Assembly (NCBI RefSeq): GCF_001194135.2
Contig: NC_068991.1
Location: 7,595,051-7,634,829, forward strand
Length of the DNA stretch: 39,779 bases
Direction of reading: 5' to 3'
Source: Octopus bimaculoides
Lineage: Eukaryota
Under the pieces are notes generated by a model. That model did no database searches. It was not told the origin of the DNA and saw only the letters and a program-made list of their open reading frames with translations. The position numbers and the translations under genes are program-made. Positions 24,901-33,248 of this stretch are shown here, in pieces; the stretch's first letter is position 1; every line of letters starts with the position of its first letter.

Positions 24901-27900
24901 ATATGCCTATTTGCGACATAGGTCGCATTTCCACTACGACTTAAAATGGTTAGACTCGAAGAGAAAATTGTCCGGCAATTCCCAATTAAATAGAAATTTC
25001 GTTTTCACTATGAAACACATAATGCTAGGTTTGCACACACACACCCCTTGAGACCCAACTATAAGGAACTGCCTGAGGATTCTACCCCCATAACCCTTCA
25101 GTGAACAGTTGACAGCAAGAATGGATGGACGGATGGATGGTTTGCAACTTAAATTTGCAGCAACAAAAAAAACAAAACTAAACATCTTAATATTGAAAAA
25201 TATATGTAAAACACTTCAATTTCTTATATTCTGCATTTTATCCAAGCTCTCTTTCTCAGAGCTTTCTGCTAGGGAGCAGTCTCCCTAAGAAGTGAGAAAT
25301 GGAATGGGTGTCAAGAAGAAAGGAATCTAATCATATGTTTATGTAAGAGAAGAAAAAAGAACTCTCTAGTTATAAGTACTAAACTTGTCTTTGTCCATGA
25401 AACACAATCAACAGAGCATAGCATACATCAACAAGCTACATACCTCCATTGTCTGTAGTGGCTTCCACAAGATTTGAGAAACGGGGAAGAAGAGGTTTTA
25501 TGATATGTACCTAAAAGAAATTGTAATCAGTAAATCAAATCAATAAGATTATCTCCCTCTCTCACACACACATAAATACACATATAAACTGCACAAAAGA
25601 AAAATAATTTAATTTTTCAAGCTTACTTTGTGGGAATATCACAGAACATATTTCATAGTTATATACCATTCCTTACTGTTGTAATACTTAGTGAATGAAT
25701 GCAATAAGCACAGCTCAAACTATAGCACGAGGGTACAGCAGATATAGCTTATCAGAACCCTCCATCTGGACCATTTGTTCAATTAACTTTTCAGCTGTAT
25801 ACTGAAAAATGTGCCATAGGTTTTCAAACTTTCAGCCTTTACTTTAGCATTTGGTCAAATTTTACCAACTGAATCAACAATCGTTTTATGAATGTTTACT
25901 TGTTGGTTGTTTTAAAATTGATTTTAAATACTAATAAGTGCCCCACCAGTTCTGCTTGAGCAAATACATAACATAAAGCAAGGCTGTCTTAGCAGCATTA
26001 GTGCTACCACCACCCCATTCTTGGCAAATCAATGCATTGTGCCCTATTGTATTTATTTACTGACAGCAAGCCACAGCATGCATGGATCAGGATTGGGGCC
26101 CTAAGCCCACAAGGCCCCTGAGCAAATCAGTACACTGGGGCCCTATAGTATTCACTAACAGAAAATTACAGCATACATAGGTCAGAATTGGGTCATTTCA
26201 ACATTGACTCCCCCCTGGGCAAATCAGTGCACTGGGTCCTATCATATTTCTTTATTGATCAGAATTGGGCTCTTAGGCAAATTACACTGGGCCCTATTAT
26301 ATTATTTATTGACAGCAAATTAATGCCCTGGAGCCCTGTCATATATATTTATTGACAGAAAACCACAGCCTTCGTAGATCAGAATTGGGCCCCTAAACCC
26401 ATGAAGTCCACAGGCAACTGCTTAGTGTTCCTATCTCTTATACAAGTAGCTGGTTAATGTATTCTGCCAGTGTCTTGTGACCACCCTGCCTTCGGCGACT
26501 ACATAGACTAAATTTCTTTACTGGTTGATAGCATGTTTGATGTAGTTATAATCATTACAGAGTTTAATCTGATTGGTGTAAAGAAACGAGAATGGTTTGA
26601 TACTAGATAATTCAAAGCATTGATGTTGCTAAGACTAGTGTAATATCGTTAATGTTTTAACATATTAGTGTTAATAATATCTCCATTAAACAGTAAGACA
26701 GGAAAAGGAATTCCTGGAAATGCTATTTCGGGTTTTAAATTCACAAGTAAAGTAAATTAGTGTAGCTCTGCCTACCAAAATAGAACTTTAAAAATGAATG
26801 TAAATGTAAGAGTGATTGTAATTATAAACTGGAATTTATTAATAAATATATACCTGTTTTTCTTCGAATATTTCAAACAGAATAATAAAATCGTCCCAAA
26901 GTTTTGTTAGTTGATGGGAATGTTGTTTGTCCCACCAAAATAATGGCACTTGATGACTTTCTGAAAGAGAACACTTCAAGTTTTCCTGAGTTTGATTGCA
27001 TAAATCAACAATTCGTTTTAATAGATATATAGACTGTTTTCTCGCTAGCGAATTATTTTGACTAAACCCCTGTTGCAATAAATTCCAGAAGAGCGGGTCA
27101 CAACGGAGATCTAGAAATTGTTTACTTTGAATATTCTGTTTAACAGGAAACCAAAAGTCAGCTAGAGAACATAGAATGGTCAGTGGTTTGCAGTTATAAA
27201 CTTCGTCTGAACATGTTTCAGTCTCCTTTAAAATGTCAGCAATAACTGCCCAAAGTGCTACAGCTTGTGAATAGTTATCGTCACAAGATCGTATCATATC
27301 TTTCAATAATGTACAACTAATCTGACCAACTAAGGTTTCATCAAAAACTTTGAAAGCTTCAATAAATACTGGGTACAGGCATTGGACAATTTCTCCTACG
27401 ATCGGAAATTCAAAATTGACAGCGGAGGCTTTCCTTAAAATTCTTTTTAAGGTTTCGATAACAATCCGAACATCAACAAACGTACATGTAATTTGATATT
27501 TACCAAAAGCAGTCGGGTTTTCGTGGATATAATGCAAAATCGACGTCTTAAACATATGAATGATGTTATTTTGGATTGAATGAGGGCACAAGTCTAGACA
27601 TAAAATAAAAACATCACAAAGCGGTGCTAGCTGTTCGTAAGGTATACTAAAACCGAGAGGTAAATGATGTTGAAATTGTAAAAGTTTTGAATAGAATTCA
27701 GTGACGATTTCACCTATAATAGGTTTAATCGCATCACTTGATACAACACATTCAATGTTTTTGTCTTGATATGTTTTAATTATCCGATCAAGCGAAGGTG
27801 TGGTTTGAACTAACTGCTCCATACAGGTGCTCGAAGATACACGTTTCGATATCCGAGTTAAGAGCTGTACAATGATATCTGTAACAAGAGAATGGTCGAT

Positions 27901-27972
27901 GGCATCACCAGAATCGTTCACTATATTTAGAGTCACTTGAAAAAGGTTTATTTCTGAATTGAGAATATCCAT
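864..27972 (-). CDS. TARBP1: tRNA (guanosine-18 2'-O)-methyltransferase TARBP1/Trm3 homologue, multi-exon gene span; 3' end lies beyond the left edge of the window
   Basis: The 23 exons listed below join in consistent phase with GT-AG boundaries. Peptides match remembered human TARBP1 in order, e.g. VHIIKPLLP (IHVIKPVLP), IRGATQCFL (LRGAAQCYL), [10 protein letters not shown] (NSLQHRVKNR), DFQKKIMPW (DVQKKIIPW), and [24 protein letters not shown]...[11 protein letters not shown] (SpoU motif). Comparison is from memory, not an alignment. Confidence 0.95.
1190..1458 (-). mobile_element. SINE family B (GAT-tailed)
   Basis: (atc)n tttaac...ttccatgctggcatgggttgga...ggatgcccttcctaacaccaacc. Confidence 0.7.
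1668..1856 (-). CDS. TARBP1: TARBP1 exon (APVLPN...DFQKKIMPW...VPNLG), start of the SpoU domain
   Basis: cttttaaaag acceptor, gtaaag donor, phase 1 to 1. Confidence 0.92.
2188..2377 (-). CDS. TARBP1: TARBP1 exon ([18 protein letters not shown]...KIS)
   Basis: ctctttgtag acceptor, gtatgt donor, phase 0 to 1. Confidence 0.9.
2820..2901 (-). CDS. TARBP1: TARBP1 exon ([27 protein letters not shown])
   Basis: ttattccag acceptor, gtaagt donor, phase 2 to 0. Confidence 0.9.
3001..3680 (+). mobile_element. SINE family A, split by the hAT MITE
   Basis: Head ggacatggctgtgtggtta; tail ...tttgactaaac|ccttcaagg continues across the MITE. Confidence 0.75.
3328..3610. mobile_element. hAT (Buster/Charlie-type) MITE nested in a SINE
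   Basis: TIRs cagggctggccaa and ttggccaggcttg; 8-bp TSD gactaaac (3320..3327) / aactaaac (3611..3618). Confidence 0.85.
4235..4623. mobile_element. TTAA-type MITE interrupted by an inverted duplication and a SINE fragment
   Basis: ttaa|cccttcagcattc start; aaatgctaagagg end; shared internal sequence tcacattgtttt...catgcattatctc. Confidence 0.6.
4357..4414. repeat. 58-bp near-perfect palindrome
   Basis: acattgtaggataggtgtgagaggctgga|tccagccttgcacacctatcctacaatgt; arms differ at 2 positions. Confidence 0.95.
4663..4847 (-). CDS. TARBP1: TARBP1 exon (TKFYESAF...[10 protein letters not shown]...FTDD)
   Basis: ttgtttatag acceptor, gtaagg donor, phase 0 to 2; resembles NHNFSVRLYA. Confidence 0.92.
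5869..5955 (-). CDS. TARBP1: TARBP1 exon ([20 protein letters not shown]...ELEQ)
   Basis: ttgctttcag acceptor; donor CAG|gttctt is weaker; phase 0 to 0. Confidence 0.8.
7191..7340 (-). CDS. TARBP1: TARBP1 exon (SNQEFVW...QPSVR...LKFP...QYQT)
   Basis: ttatttgcag acceptor, gtaagt donor, phase 0 to 0. Confidence 0.92.
7950..8139 (+). mobile_element. SINE family B
   Basis: gcacccactacactc...ggaagggcatccagctgtag...gcatggaaagcggacgttaaacgacgatgatgatg. Confidence 0.8.
8172..8622 (+). mobile_element. Two tandem SINE family C copies
   Basis: Two roughly 215-nt copies separated and flanked by caatattt...tcaatattt. Confidence 0.7.
8702..8936 (-). CDS. TARBP1: TARBP1 exon (FSKCDIEVR...[10 protein letters not shown]...FILE)
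   Basis: gtgttgcag acceptor, gtaagt donor, phase 2 to 0. Confidence 0.92.
9259..9330 (-). CDS. TARBP1: TARBP1 exon ([23 protein letters not shown])
   Basis: ttattttaag acceptor, gtaagt donor, phase 2 to 2. Confidence 0.9.
9823..9919. repeat. About 97-bp direct repeat, copy 1
   Basis: caaacgataatataatat...cagaaatatttcagg...aaaatgacattgg, repeated at 10945..11041. Confidence 0.9.
9963..10135 (-). CDS. TARBP1: TARBP1 exon (NSELILQIG...[12 protein letters not shown])
   Basis: ctttgctag acceptor, gtaggt donor, phase 0 to 2; resembles ACIFGTVFRRDQR. Confidence 0.9.
10945..11041. repeat. About 97-bp direct repeat, copy 2
   Basis: Few differences from 9823..9919. Confidence 0.9.
11370..11420. repeat. 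(TA)n-rich microsatellite
   Basis: Direct reading. Confidence 0.85.
11682..12005 (+). mobile_element. SINE family A
   Basis: Same head, (TG)n middle and tail. Confidence 0.75.
12072..12257 (-). CDS. TARBP1: TARBP1 exon (VASESTY...MNVAW...KFLQE)
   Basis: cgtaatag acceptor, gtaatg donor, phase 0 to 0. Confidence 0.9.
12469..12703 (-). CDS. TARBP1: TARBP1 exon ([16 protein letters not shown]...NDIAQ)
   Basis: tttttaacag acceptor, gtaaaa donor, phase 2 to 0. Confidence 0.9.
12733..12785. repeat. (AAT)n/(GAT)n microsatellite
   Basis: Direct reading. Confidence 0.8.
12788..12975 (-). mobile_element. SINE family C
   Basis: Reverse complement of the family C consensus. Confidence 0.65.
13531..13660 (+). 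mobile_element. tRNA-like SINE head of a further family
   Basis: ggcgtgtggcctagcggttagggtg...ggtttcaattcc. Confidence 0.5.
13991..14181 (-). CDS. TARBP1: TARBP1 exon ([13 protein letters not shown]...ECEN)
   Basis: actacag acceptor, gtgagt donor, phase 0 to 2. Confidence 0.9.
14400..14655 (+). mobile_element. SINE family B (degenerate)
   Basis: Same body and tail as 7950..8139. Confidence 0.65.
14899..15048 (-). CDS. TARBP1: TARBP1 exon ([10 protein letters not shown]...KPPSD)
   Basis: tttcatcag acceptor, gtaaga donor, phase 0 to 0. Confidence 0.85.
15213..15480 (-). mobile_element. Decayed 3' end of a HERO-like RLE non-LTR retrotransposon
   Basis: EMECRGF, frameshift, then [18 protein letters not shown]...[18 protein letters not shown]. 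Downstream gaaagacccaaaacacctaatgac...actgatgatg resembles a HERO 3' UTR (from memory). Confidence 0.7.
15861..16096. mobile_element. TTAA-type MITE, same family, opposite orientation
   Basis: ccctttagcattc ... aaatgctaaagaa|ttaa; internal sequence shared with 18375..18594 and 4235..4623. Confidence 0.7.
16168..16286 (-). CDS. TARBP1: TARBP1 exon (DELQREEND...YEIEC)
   Basis: tttcatttcaag acceptor, gtaagt donor, phase 1 to 0. Confidence 0.85.
16562..16920 (-). mobile_element. SINE family E (degenerate)
   Basis: gagcctgctcgtgaaattaacatgcaagtggctgagtactccacag is the reverse complement of 28655..28700. Confidence 0.7.
17010..17240 (+). mobile_element. SINE family C (well preserved)
   Basis: ggcgagctggcagaaacgttag...gagttcaaattcc...gtcgactttgcctttcatcc. 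Confidence 0.8.
17522..17782 (-). CDS. TARBP1: TARBP1 exon ([11 protein letters not shown]...EEFGM)
   Basis: ctattttag acceptor, gtaagt donor, phase 1 to 1. Confidence 0.9.
17864..18267 (+). mobile_element. Two tandem SINE family C copies
   Basis: Two roughly 190-nt copies separated and flanked by caatatttatgtYagtat. Confidence 0.7.
18375..18594. mobile_element. TTAA-flanked MITE (piggyBac-like termini)
   Basis: ttaa|cactttagcattt ... aaatactaaaggg|ttaa. Confidence 0.75.
18874..19072 (-). CDS. TARBP1: TARBP1 exon (TLVTPSEW...[11 protein letters not shown]...YLKD)
   Basis: ctaatcag acceptor, gtaagt donor, phase 0 to 1. Confidence 0.9.
19663..19759 (-). CDS. TARBP1: TARBP1 exon (EIVVTCQ...[19 protein letters not shown])
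   Basis: caacag acceptor, gtaagt donor, phase 2 to 0. Confidence 0.9.
20597..20732 (-). CDS. TARBP1: TARBP1 exon ([10 protein letters not shown]...[14 protein letters not shown]...IVNIR)
   Basis: ttttttag acceptor (phase 1), gtaaat donor (phase 2). An alternative phase-2 acceptor exists about 56 nt upstream. Confidence 0.85.
21259..21670. mobile_element. hAT (Buster/Charlie-type) MITE
   Basis: TIRs cagtgattccca and tgggaaccactg; 8-bp TSD ctataaac (21251..21258) / ctgtaaac (21671..21678). Confidence 0.85.
21720..22245. other. Assembly gap
   Basis: Run of N. Confidence 1.
22246..22613 (+). mobile_element. SINE family B with internal tandem repeats; 5' part lies in a gap
   Basis: Repeated gccagtgcccctggactg...gtgcgggtggcacat...gagcgtggccgtt units, then the family B tail. 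Confidence 0.8.
23320..23520 (+). mobile_element. SINE family B whose tail ends a few nt from a TARBP1 splice donor
   Basis: Family B body and gatgat tail ending about 23520; donor at 23526. Confidence 0.65.
23527..23579 (-). CDS. TARBP1: TARBP1 exon ([17 protein letters not shown])
   Basis: ttttattgtag acceptor, gtatgt donor, phase 0 to 2; resembles FIIGPLMDALSESSLYSR. Confidence 0.8.
23705..24015 (-). mobile_element. SINE family A (degenerate)
   Basis: Reverse complement of family A body and tail. Confidence 0.65.
24251..24396 (-). CDS. TARBP1: TARBP1 exon (FLLHSSWLL...WQDQES)
   Basis: ggtag acceptor, gtgagt donor, phase 1 to 0. Confidence 0.9.
24771..25050. mobile_element. Degenerate hAT/Charlie-like MITE
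   Basis: 5' end caggggtggggaaaccccagcccgcaggc; 3' end ttgcacac(ac)nccccttg; upstream gtcTAcaa; right TSD not clear. Confidence 0.55.
25444..25510 (-). CDS. TARBP1: TARBP1 exon ([22 protein letters not shown])
   Basis: tttcttttag acceptor, G|gtatgt donor, phase 0 to 1. Confidence 0.9.
26023..26400. repeat. Degenerate minisatellite
   Basis: Several imperfect units of gcaaat...actgggccctat...tttattgacag...gatcagaattggg. Confidence 0.65.
26854..27972 (-). CDS. TARBP1: TARBP1 coding exon 1 (MDILNSE...FEIFEEKQ), 1119 nt
   Basis: Long ORF 26839..28023. First ATG at 27972, acceptor-like ttttcggaaaatatag at 28024, donor CAG|gtatat at 26853. The start codon is uncertain. Confidence 0.85.
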
Positions 27973-28374
27973 GGCTTTAATTTTTATGAAGTATTCACAA
28001 CACAAAATATATTGTAAACACACCTATATTTTCCGAAAATAAATATAAAATGAAAACTAGTAATTAGTTTTCATACTTTATAATCATAACAATAGTAAAT
28101 TCTTTTCAATCAACAGAAGCTTGGTTAGGAGAAAAACAAATTAAAATACGCAACACGTGTATCACAAGGTACGTGTACCTTAAATAAGTGTGGCACACGT
28201 TGCTAACCATGTGGTGGAACTCTTCAGCGTGAAGATTAGAATTAAACAGACTTCCGTCTTTCCAGCAACAACAATAATTGGTTTAAGCTGTTTTGTTATT
28301 GACACAAGTCCGCTGCATTGATGATGTTGATAAGTAGCCTCGCCTAGTTTTACTTTAAGCAGACGACTAATGAC

Positions 28375-28760
28375 AGGGAGGTAACTGCCATTTGCAATGG
28401 CCTAGTGGTTAGGGTAGCGGACTCGCAGTTTCGATTCCCAGACCGGGTGTTGTGAGCGTTTATTGAGAGAAAACACCTAAAGCTCCACGAGGCTCCAGCA
28501 GGGGATGTTGGCGAACCCTGCTGTACTCTTCCACCACAACTTTCTCTCACTCTTACTTCCTGTTTCTGGTGTGCCTGTAATTCAAAGGGTCAGCCTTGTC
28601 ACACTGTGTCACGCTGAATATCCCCGAGAACTACGTTAAGGGTACACGTGTCTGTGGAGTGCTCAGCCACTTGCACGTTAATTTCACGAGCAGGCTGTTC
28701 CGTTGATCGGATCAATTGGAACCCTCGACGTCGTAAGCGACGGAGTGCCAACAAACAACA
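28375..28760 (+). mobile_element. tRNA-derived SINE, family E, CpG-rich copy
   Basis: A-box-like tggcctagtggtt, B-box-like gtttcgattccc, (aac)n tail; homologous degenerate copy at 16562..16920 on the minus strand. Confidence 0.8.
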
Positions 28761-29435
28761 TCGCGATATAAAAGTGTCGATACGAAAAAGAAAACTCGAC
28801 TTAAAAGCAAAAGATTGTGGTAATATGTTATCGTCACCACATCCACGGCTCGAATTGTGTATTAAATAACAGTTTCAAAACGAACATCAGACATTGTTGA
28901 AAGATCTGTTCGTTTTCCCCCGTATTTTATTTGCCGTAATTCTGGCGGAGACAAAATAAGTGCCCATAAAATTCAGATAATTGCTTTAACGATATCATTT
29001 CAATGGTATTGAATTCATATATTAGATAATGCCAAACTATAGTGCCCCAACATGACCGCAGTCCATTGACTGACGTAAACGATAAAAAAATTTTAAAAAC
29101 CTTTGTGTCTGCCTTGCTAAATAACACAATGCTTCGCTGAGAATACACACACACAATACACATGTGTGTGTCTGTTTGCATAATAATCTGCTTTAATATG
29201 GTATTCTTTATTCAAACATTTCAATATATTCAAGCATTAAAAAGAGCAGAAGGAATATTGTTTAATTTATTAAACAATTCATCTTCTTTTGATTAAAAAT
29301 TTATTACATAAAAAAATGATCAATTCATTAAGTTACAATTTTTTTCCTCAATTTTATTTTTTAACATTTTACAGACAATGACAATGTCACATCATTGTCC
29401 TTCGTTATGTATTCTTATCTAAACGAACATTAGTT

Positions 29436-29690
29436 CTAGACCATTGTTTCTGAATCTGAGATCCTGAGCTGGAGTTCTTTAGGTTTTTTGAGAGCCCAGA
29501 TGACCTCATCTTCAATAACGGGTTCCCTTGTAACTTCAAGCTGTTTTGCTGTCTGGTCAGCTCCTGTGAGAGTATCAGATGACTCGGGGTGATTTAGAGT
29601 CACTGTGAAGTATTCCACCCAGCATGTATATTCCTCCTTCTATCAGCAAGATCTACACATTCTTATCTTTTCGAATACAACATATTCTAC
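29436..29690 (-). mobile_element. Decayed RTE-like LINE fragment (linker between endonuclease and RT)
   Basis: RKDKN...(frameshift)WVEYFTVTLNHP...EPVIEDEVIWALKK resembles KDKNG...RWKEYFEELLN...ITEEEVRKALKK. Confidence 0.5.
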
Positions 29691-29826
29691 ATATCAGACA
29701 AAAAAACCATGCAAGTTAGAACTTGATCTTTTGCCTCTTGACTTGAAGGTTCTGATTCCTCAGAGGAGTAAAGAACTTCAGGTTTTTTATAGTCTACCAA
29801 GGTTTGCAGCAGTATTTATTTTATTT

Positions 29827-31428
29827 TTATCTGGTTACTTTTAAAATTGCATTCTTTTTCTTTGTGGTCCTTATTTTCATTGCTGTTTTAGTATCCTGTC
29901 TTGTTCTCAGCTTTTGTTTCCCTTTCGGAAGGTCATTTTTTCTTGTTTTTATTGCTTGTTGTTTGGCTTTCAAGAGATTATATAATTTTTTCTGAGTTAC
30001 CAAGGGGTCTTTCTTGGCTCGGTTATATTTCAATTTCAGTTGCCTGCTTTCTTCTTTCTTTAAATGCAGTTTTAACAGCTTCCAACAATGATACACAACA
30101 TCATCACATGGAAGACTGACCTCAAAGTTTCTTCTGTATAAGATTTGTTCATCAGGACTAAGTGTTGTCTCTATTGCCTCAAGAGCTAAAAGCACTTTGG
30201 ACTTCATTGGTGAATGTTGAGGTGTAATGACCTCAGAGTTACTTTGACCATTCAAAGATGAAGTTCCACTGCTTTGCAAAATTGATGTAATCACAGAGGA
30301 AGAAATAGGTTGTGGTGATAGCAACATTGATTCTTTGGAAGTGGATGCATTTTTTAATTCAAACGGATTAAAAGATAAAGCTTCCTCAAGTTCAGTCTCA
30401 TTACTTTTATTAGATACATTTAAAACTGGAGAAGATGCTACCAGCTGAGAAGTTAATCCATGGTGCATATCAGATAATGAAATTGTAGAAACATCTAAAT
30501 CAGTGATAGATGTTGTTGAAATGTCAGTAGCCTCATTGTCAAAATGTTGATTTAAGGGCCAGATACCAGCACATGCAAAGTTACTTACAATGGATAATTC
30601 ATTTAAAGCATTTATATGAGCTTTCTTGAAAACTCTAGCAAAAGTTATTTTATCAACAGAAACACCGTTAGTTCGGATCCATTCTTCACATGCTTGCAGC
30701 CACTTGGCTTTCAATGGTCCCACATATATATTGGTCAAAGGTTGTAGAATTTGATTGCAACGTGATGGCAAACAAAAAAGAATAACATTGTTTACTTTGC
30801 ACAAAGTGCTACAAGAAATATCTTTATGCGATTTATGACCATCCAACAACAATACAACATTACTCCGATTTTCAAGGGTTGGGAGAGATGGAATGAAACA
30901 ATCTTTCAACCACGAGTAAAATGTGTTTTGTGTCATTCCTCCACAATCTGAATGAATAGCTTTTGTACCAGCTGGGAGATCAATCGTTATAGAAACACTG
31001 AAAGACTTAGCAGGGTACACAACAAAAGGTGAAAGGGTTCTTCCGTCAGCACATATTGCCATCAGTACAGTTATTTGTGAATAGCCTGGAGAAGTTAAAT
31101 GATAGTCGTCTTTCATTAAGACATCCGTTGCAAGTTTTCCAGTCTTTGTATGCAATGGAAAGCTAATCTCATCACAGTAATAGATTTGTTCAGATTGTGT
31201 AATGTCTTCTTCCAAAAGCATTTCTTGGAAGCGTTTAAACCAGTCACGTGTACGATTTTCTTTTGTGGTCATTGTTTTATTGACCTTCGATTTGTTGATT
31301 GAACCTATATTTAGATCTTGGTGTCTTGACATAAATCCATACAACCATGACTTTCCTGGTAGATTATCCATGAACATATCAACTTTCCATTCACATTGAT
31401 CCAGATATTGTTTGACACATTGCCGAAT
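29827..31428 (-). CDS. Transposase-derived gene exon 3 (rest of HTH, DDE_1, Ser/Thr-rich linker, basic tail)
   Basis: tttttctataatag acceptor (phase 0) extends ORF 29827..31377 by 17 codons. AATAAA follows the stop codon immediately. Confidence 0.9.
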   Translation of the reverse strand: MRQCVKQYLDQCEWKVDMFMDNLPGKSWLYGFMSRHQDLNIGSINKSKVNKTMTTKENRTRDWFKRFQEMLLEEDITQSEQIYYCDEISFPLHTKTGKLATDVLMKDDYHLTSPGYSQITVLMAICADGRTLSPFVVYPAKSFSVSITIDLPAGTKAIHSDCGGMTQNTFYSWLKDCFIPSLPTLENRSNVVLLLDGHKSHKDISCSTLCKVNNVILFCLPSRCNQILQPLTNIYVGPLKAKWLQACEEWIRTNGVSVDKITFARVFKKAHINALNELSIVSNFACAGIWPLNQHFDNEATDISTTSITDLDVSTISLSDMHHGLTSQLVASSPVLNVSNKSNETELEEALSFNPFELKNASTSKESMLLSPQPISSSVITSILQSSGTSSLNGQSNSEVITPQHSPMKSKVLLALEAIETTLSPDEQILYRRNFEVSLPCDDVVYHCWKLLKLHLKKEESRQLKLKYNRAKKDPLVTQKKLYNLLKAKQQAIKTRKNDLPKGKQKLRTRQDTKTAMKIRTTKKKNAILKVTR

Positions 31429-33171
31429 CTATTATAGAAAAAAGAAACAAATTTCACTTATTTTTTTTATTTTCAATCAAGTAAAATTAACCATTCCTAA
31501 CAAATGTTATCTTTAAAAAAAATTTAATTTTCTACACAATAGTATAAGTGCAGGCATGGCTGTGCGGTTAAGCAGCTCATTTTGCAACACCACAGTTTCA
31601 GGTTCAATACCACTGTGCAACACCTTGGGTAAGTGTCTTCAACTATAGCCCCAGGTTAACCAATGCCTTGTCATTGAACCTGGTAGATAAGAATTGTGGA
31701 AGTCAATCATATACACACACATACATAACCACACGCACACACAGATAAACACATGCACACACACACATGGGGGAGTGTCTTTGTTTGTTCTCCCACCACT
31801 TGACAACTGGTGCTGGTTTGTTTATATCCCCATAGCTTAGCTAAAGACTGATAGAATAAGTATCGGACTTAAAGAAAAAAACAAGTACTCAAGTCAATTT
31901 GTTTGATTAAACCCTTCAAGGCAGTGCCCCAGCTTGGCCGCAGTCCGGTGATTGAAATAAGTAAAAGATAAAAGATAAAATATCATGAATAAATTTAAGA
32001 TAAATAGGAAACATACCGCCTCCCCCGTTAACTTAAATCCATATTTTGACATATCTTTGATCCAGCACTTCAAACATTTCTCTTCTTCTTTCGTTAGTAC
32101 AGGTCTTGGGCCTCTGACAGGCAAAGCTGTTCTTTTTCCTAAAGAGAATATAAATGTTGTCAGGGTAGAAATGCAAATAAGATCCAAGAATTAGATTAAA
32201 TTAAATTCGTTTGGGTTATTTCATGACTAAGTGAAGGTGTGGATATGTGGTACGAAGTACAGAAATATTTCAACCAACCCAGAAGAAATCTTAAACATTT
32301 CATTATTTTGGATGCAAAATAAAGGCGTGAGTGGCTGTGTGGTAAGTAGCTTGCTTACCAACCACATGGTTCCGGGTTCATTCCCACTGCGTGGCACCTT
32401 GGGCAAGTGTCTTCTACTATAATCTCGGGCCGACCAAAGCCTTGTGAGTGGATTTGGTAGATGGAAAACTGAAAGAAGCCCGTCGTATATATGTATANNN
32501 NNNNNNNNNNNNNNNNNNNNNNNNNNNNNNNNNNNNNNNNNNNNNNNNNNNNNNNNNNNNNNNNNNNNNNNNNNNNNNNNNNNNNNNNNNNNNNNNNNNN
32601 NNNNNNNNNNNNNNNNNNNNNNNNNNNNNNNNNNNNNNNNNNNNNNNNNNNNNNNNNNNNNNNNNNNNNNNNNNNNNNNNNNNNNNNNNNNNNNNNNNNN
32701 NNNNNNNNNNNNNNNNNNNNNNNNNNNNNNNNNNNNNNNNNNNNNNNNNNNNNNNNNNNNNNNNNNNNNNNNNNNNNNNNNNNNNNNNNNNNNNNNNNNN
32801 NNNNNNNNNNNNNNNNNNNNNNNNNNNNNNNNNNNNNNNNNNNNNNNNNNNNNNNNNNNNNNNNNNNNNNNNNNNNNNNNNNNNNNNNNNNNNNNNNNNN
32901 NNNNNNNNNNNNNNNNNNNNNNNNNNNNNNNNNNNNNNNNNNNNNNNNNNNTTATATTATATTTGATCCTTTATATTGAACACTCAATATTTCATCTACA
33001 TTCAATACTTTCTTTCATGGTGCCATCCATTTTTATTTTATTTTATATTATATATTGTATATTATATTATATATTGTATATTCCATATTCTATACCCCAC
33101 ATTGGTTCTGCAGGAATATAAATAAAACATAAAAAACAGACAGCGTTGGAACTCTTTTAAACAAAATAATA

Positions 33172-33248
<77 letters not shown>

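Noticed and set aside
25745-25756. tagcttatcaga, identical to the start of vertebrate miR-21
   Set aside because: Only 12 nt, antisense to the host gene, no hairpin seen, and the family is not expected in molluscs.
28375-28445. tRNA-like sequence
   Set aside because: No complete cloverleaf; it is the head of a SINE.
28927-29181. ORF with CIVC, considered as a PHD-finger exon of the transposase gene
   Set aside because: The cysteines come from a TG microsatellite and the rest of the PHD pattern is missing.
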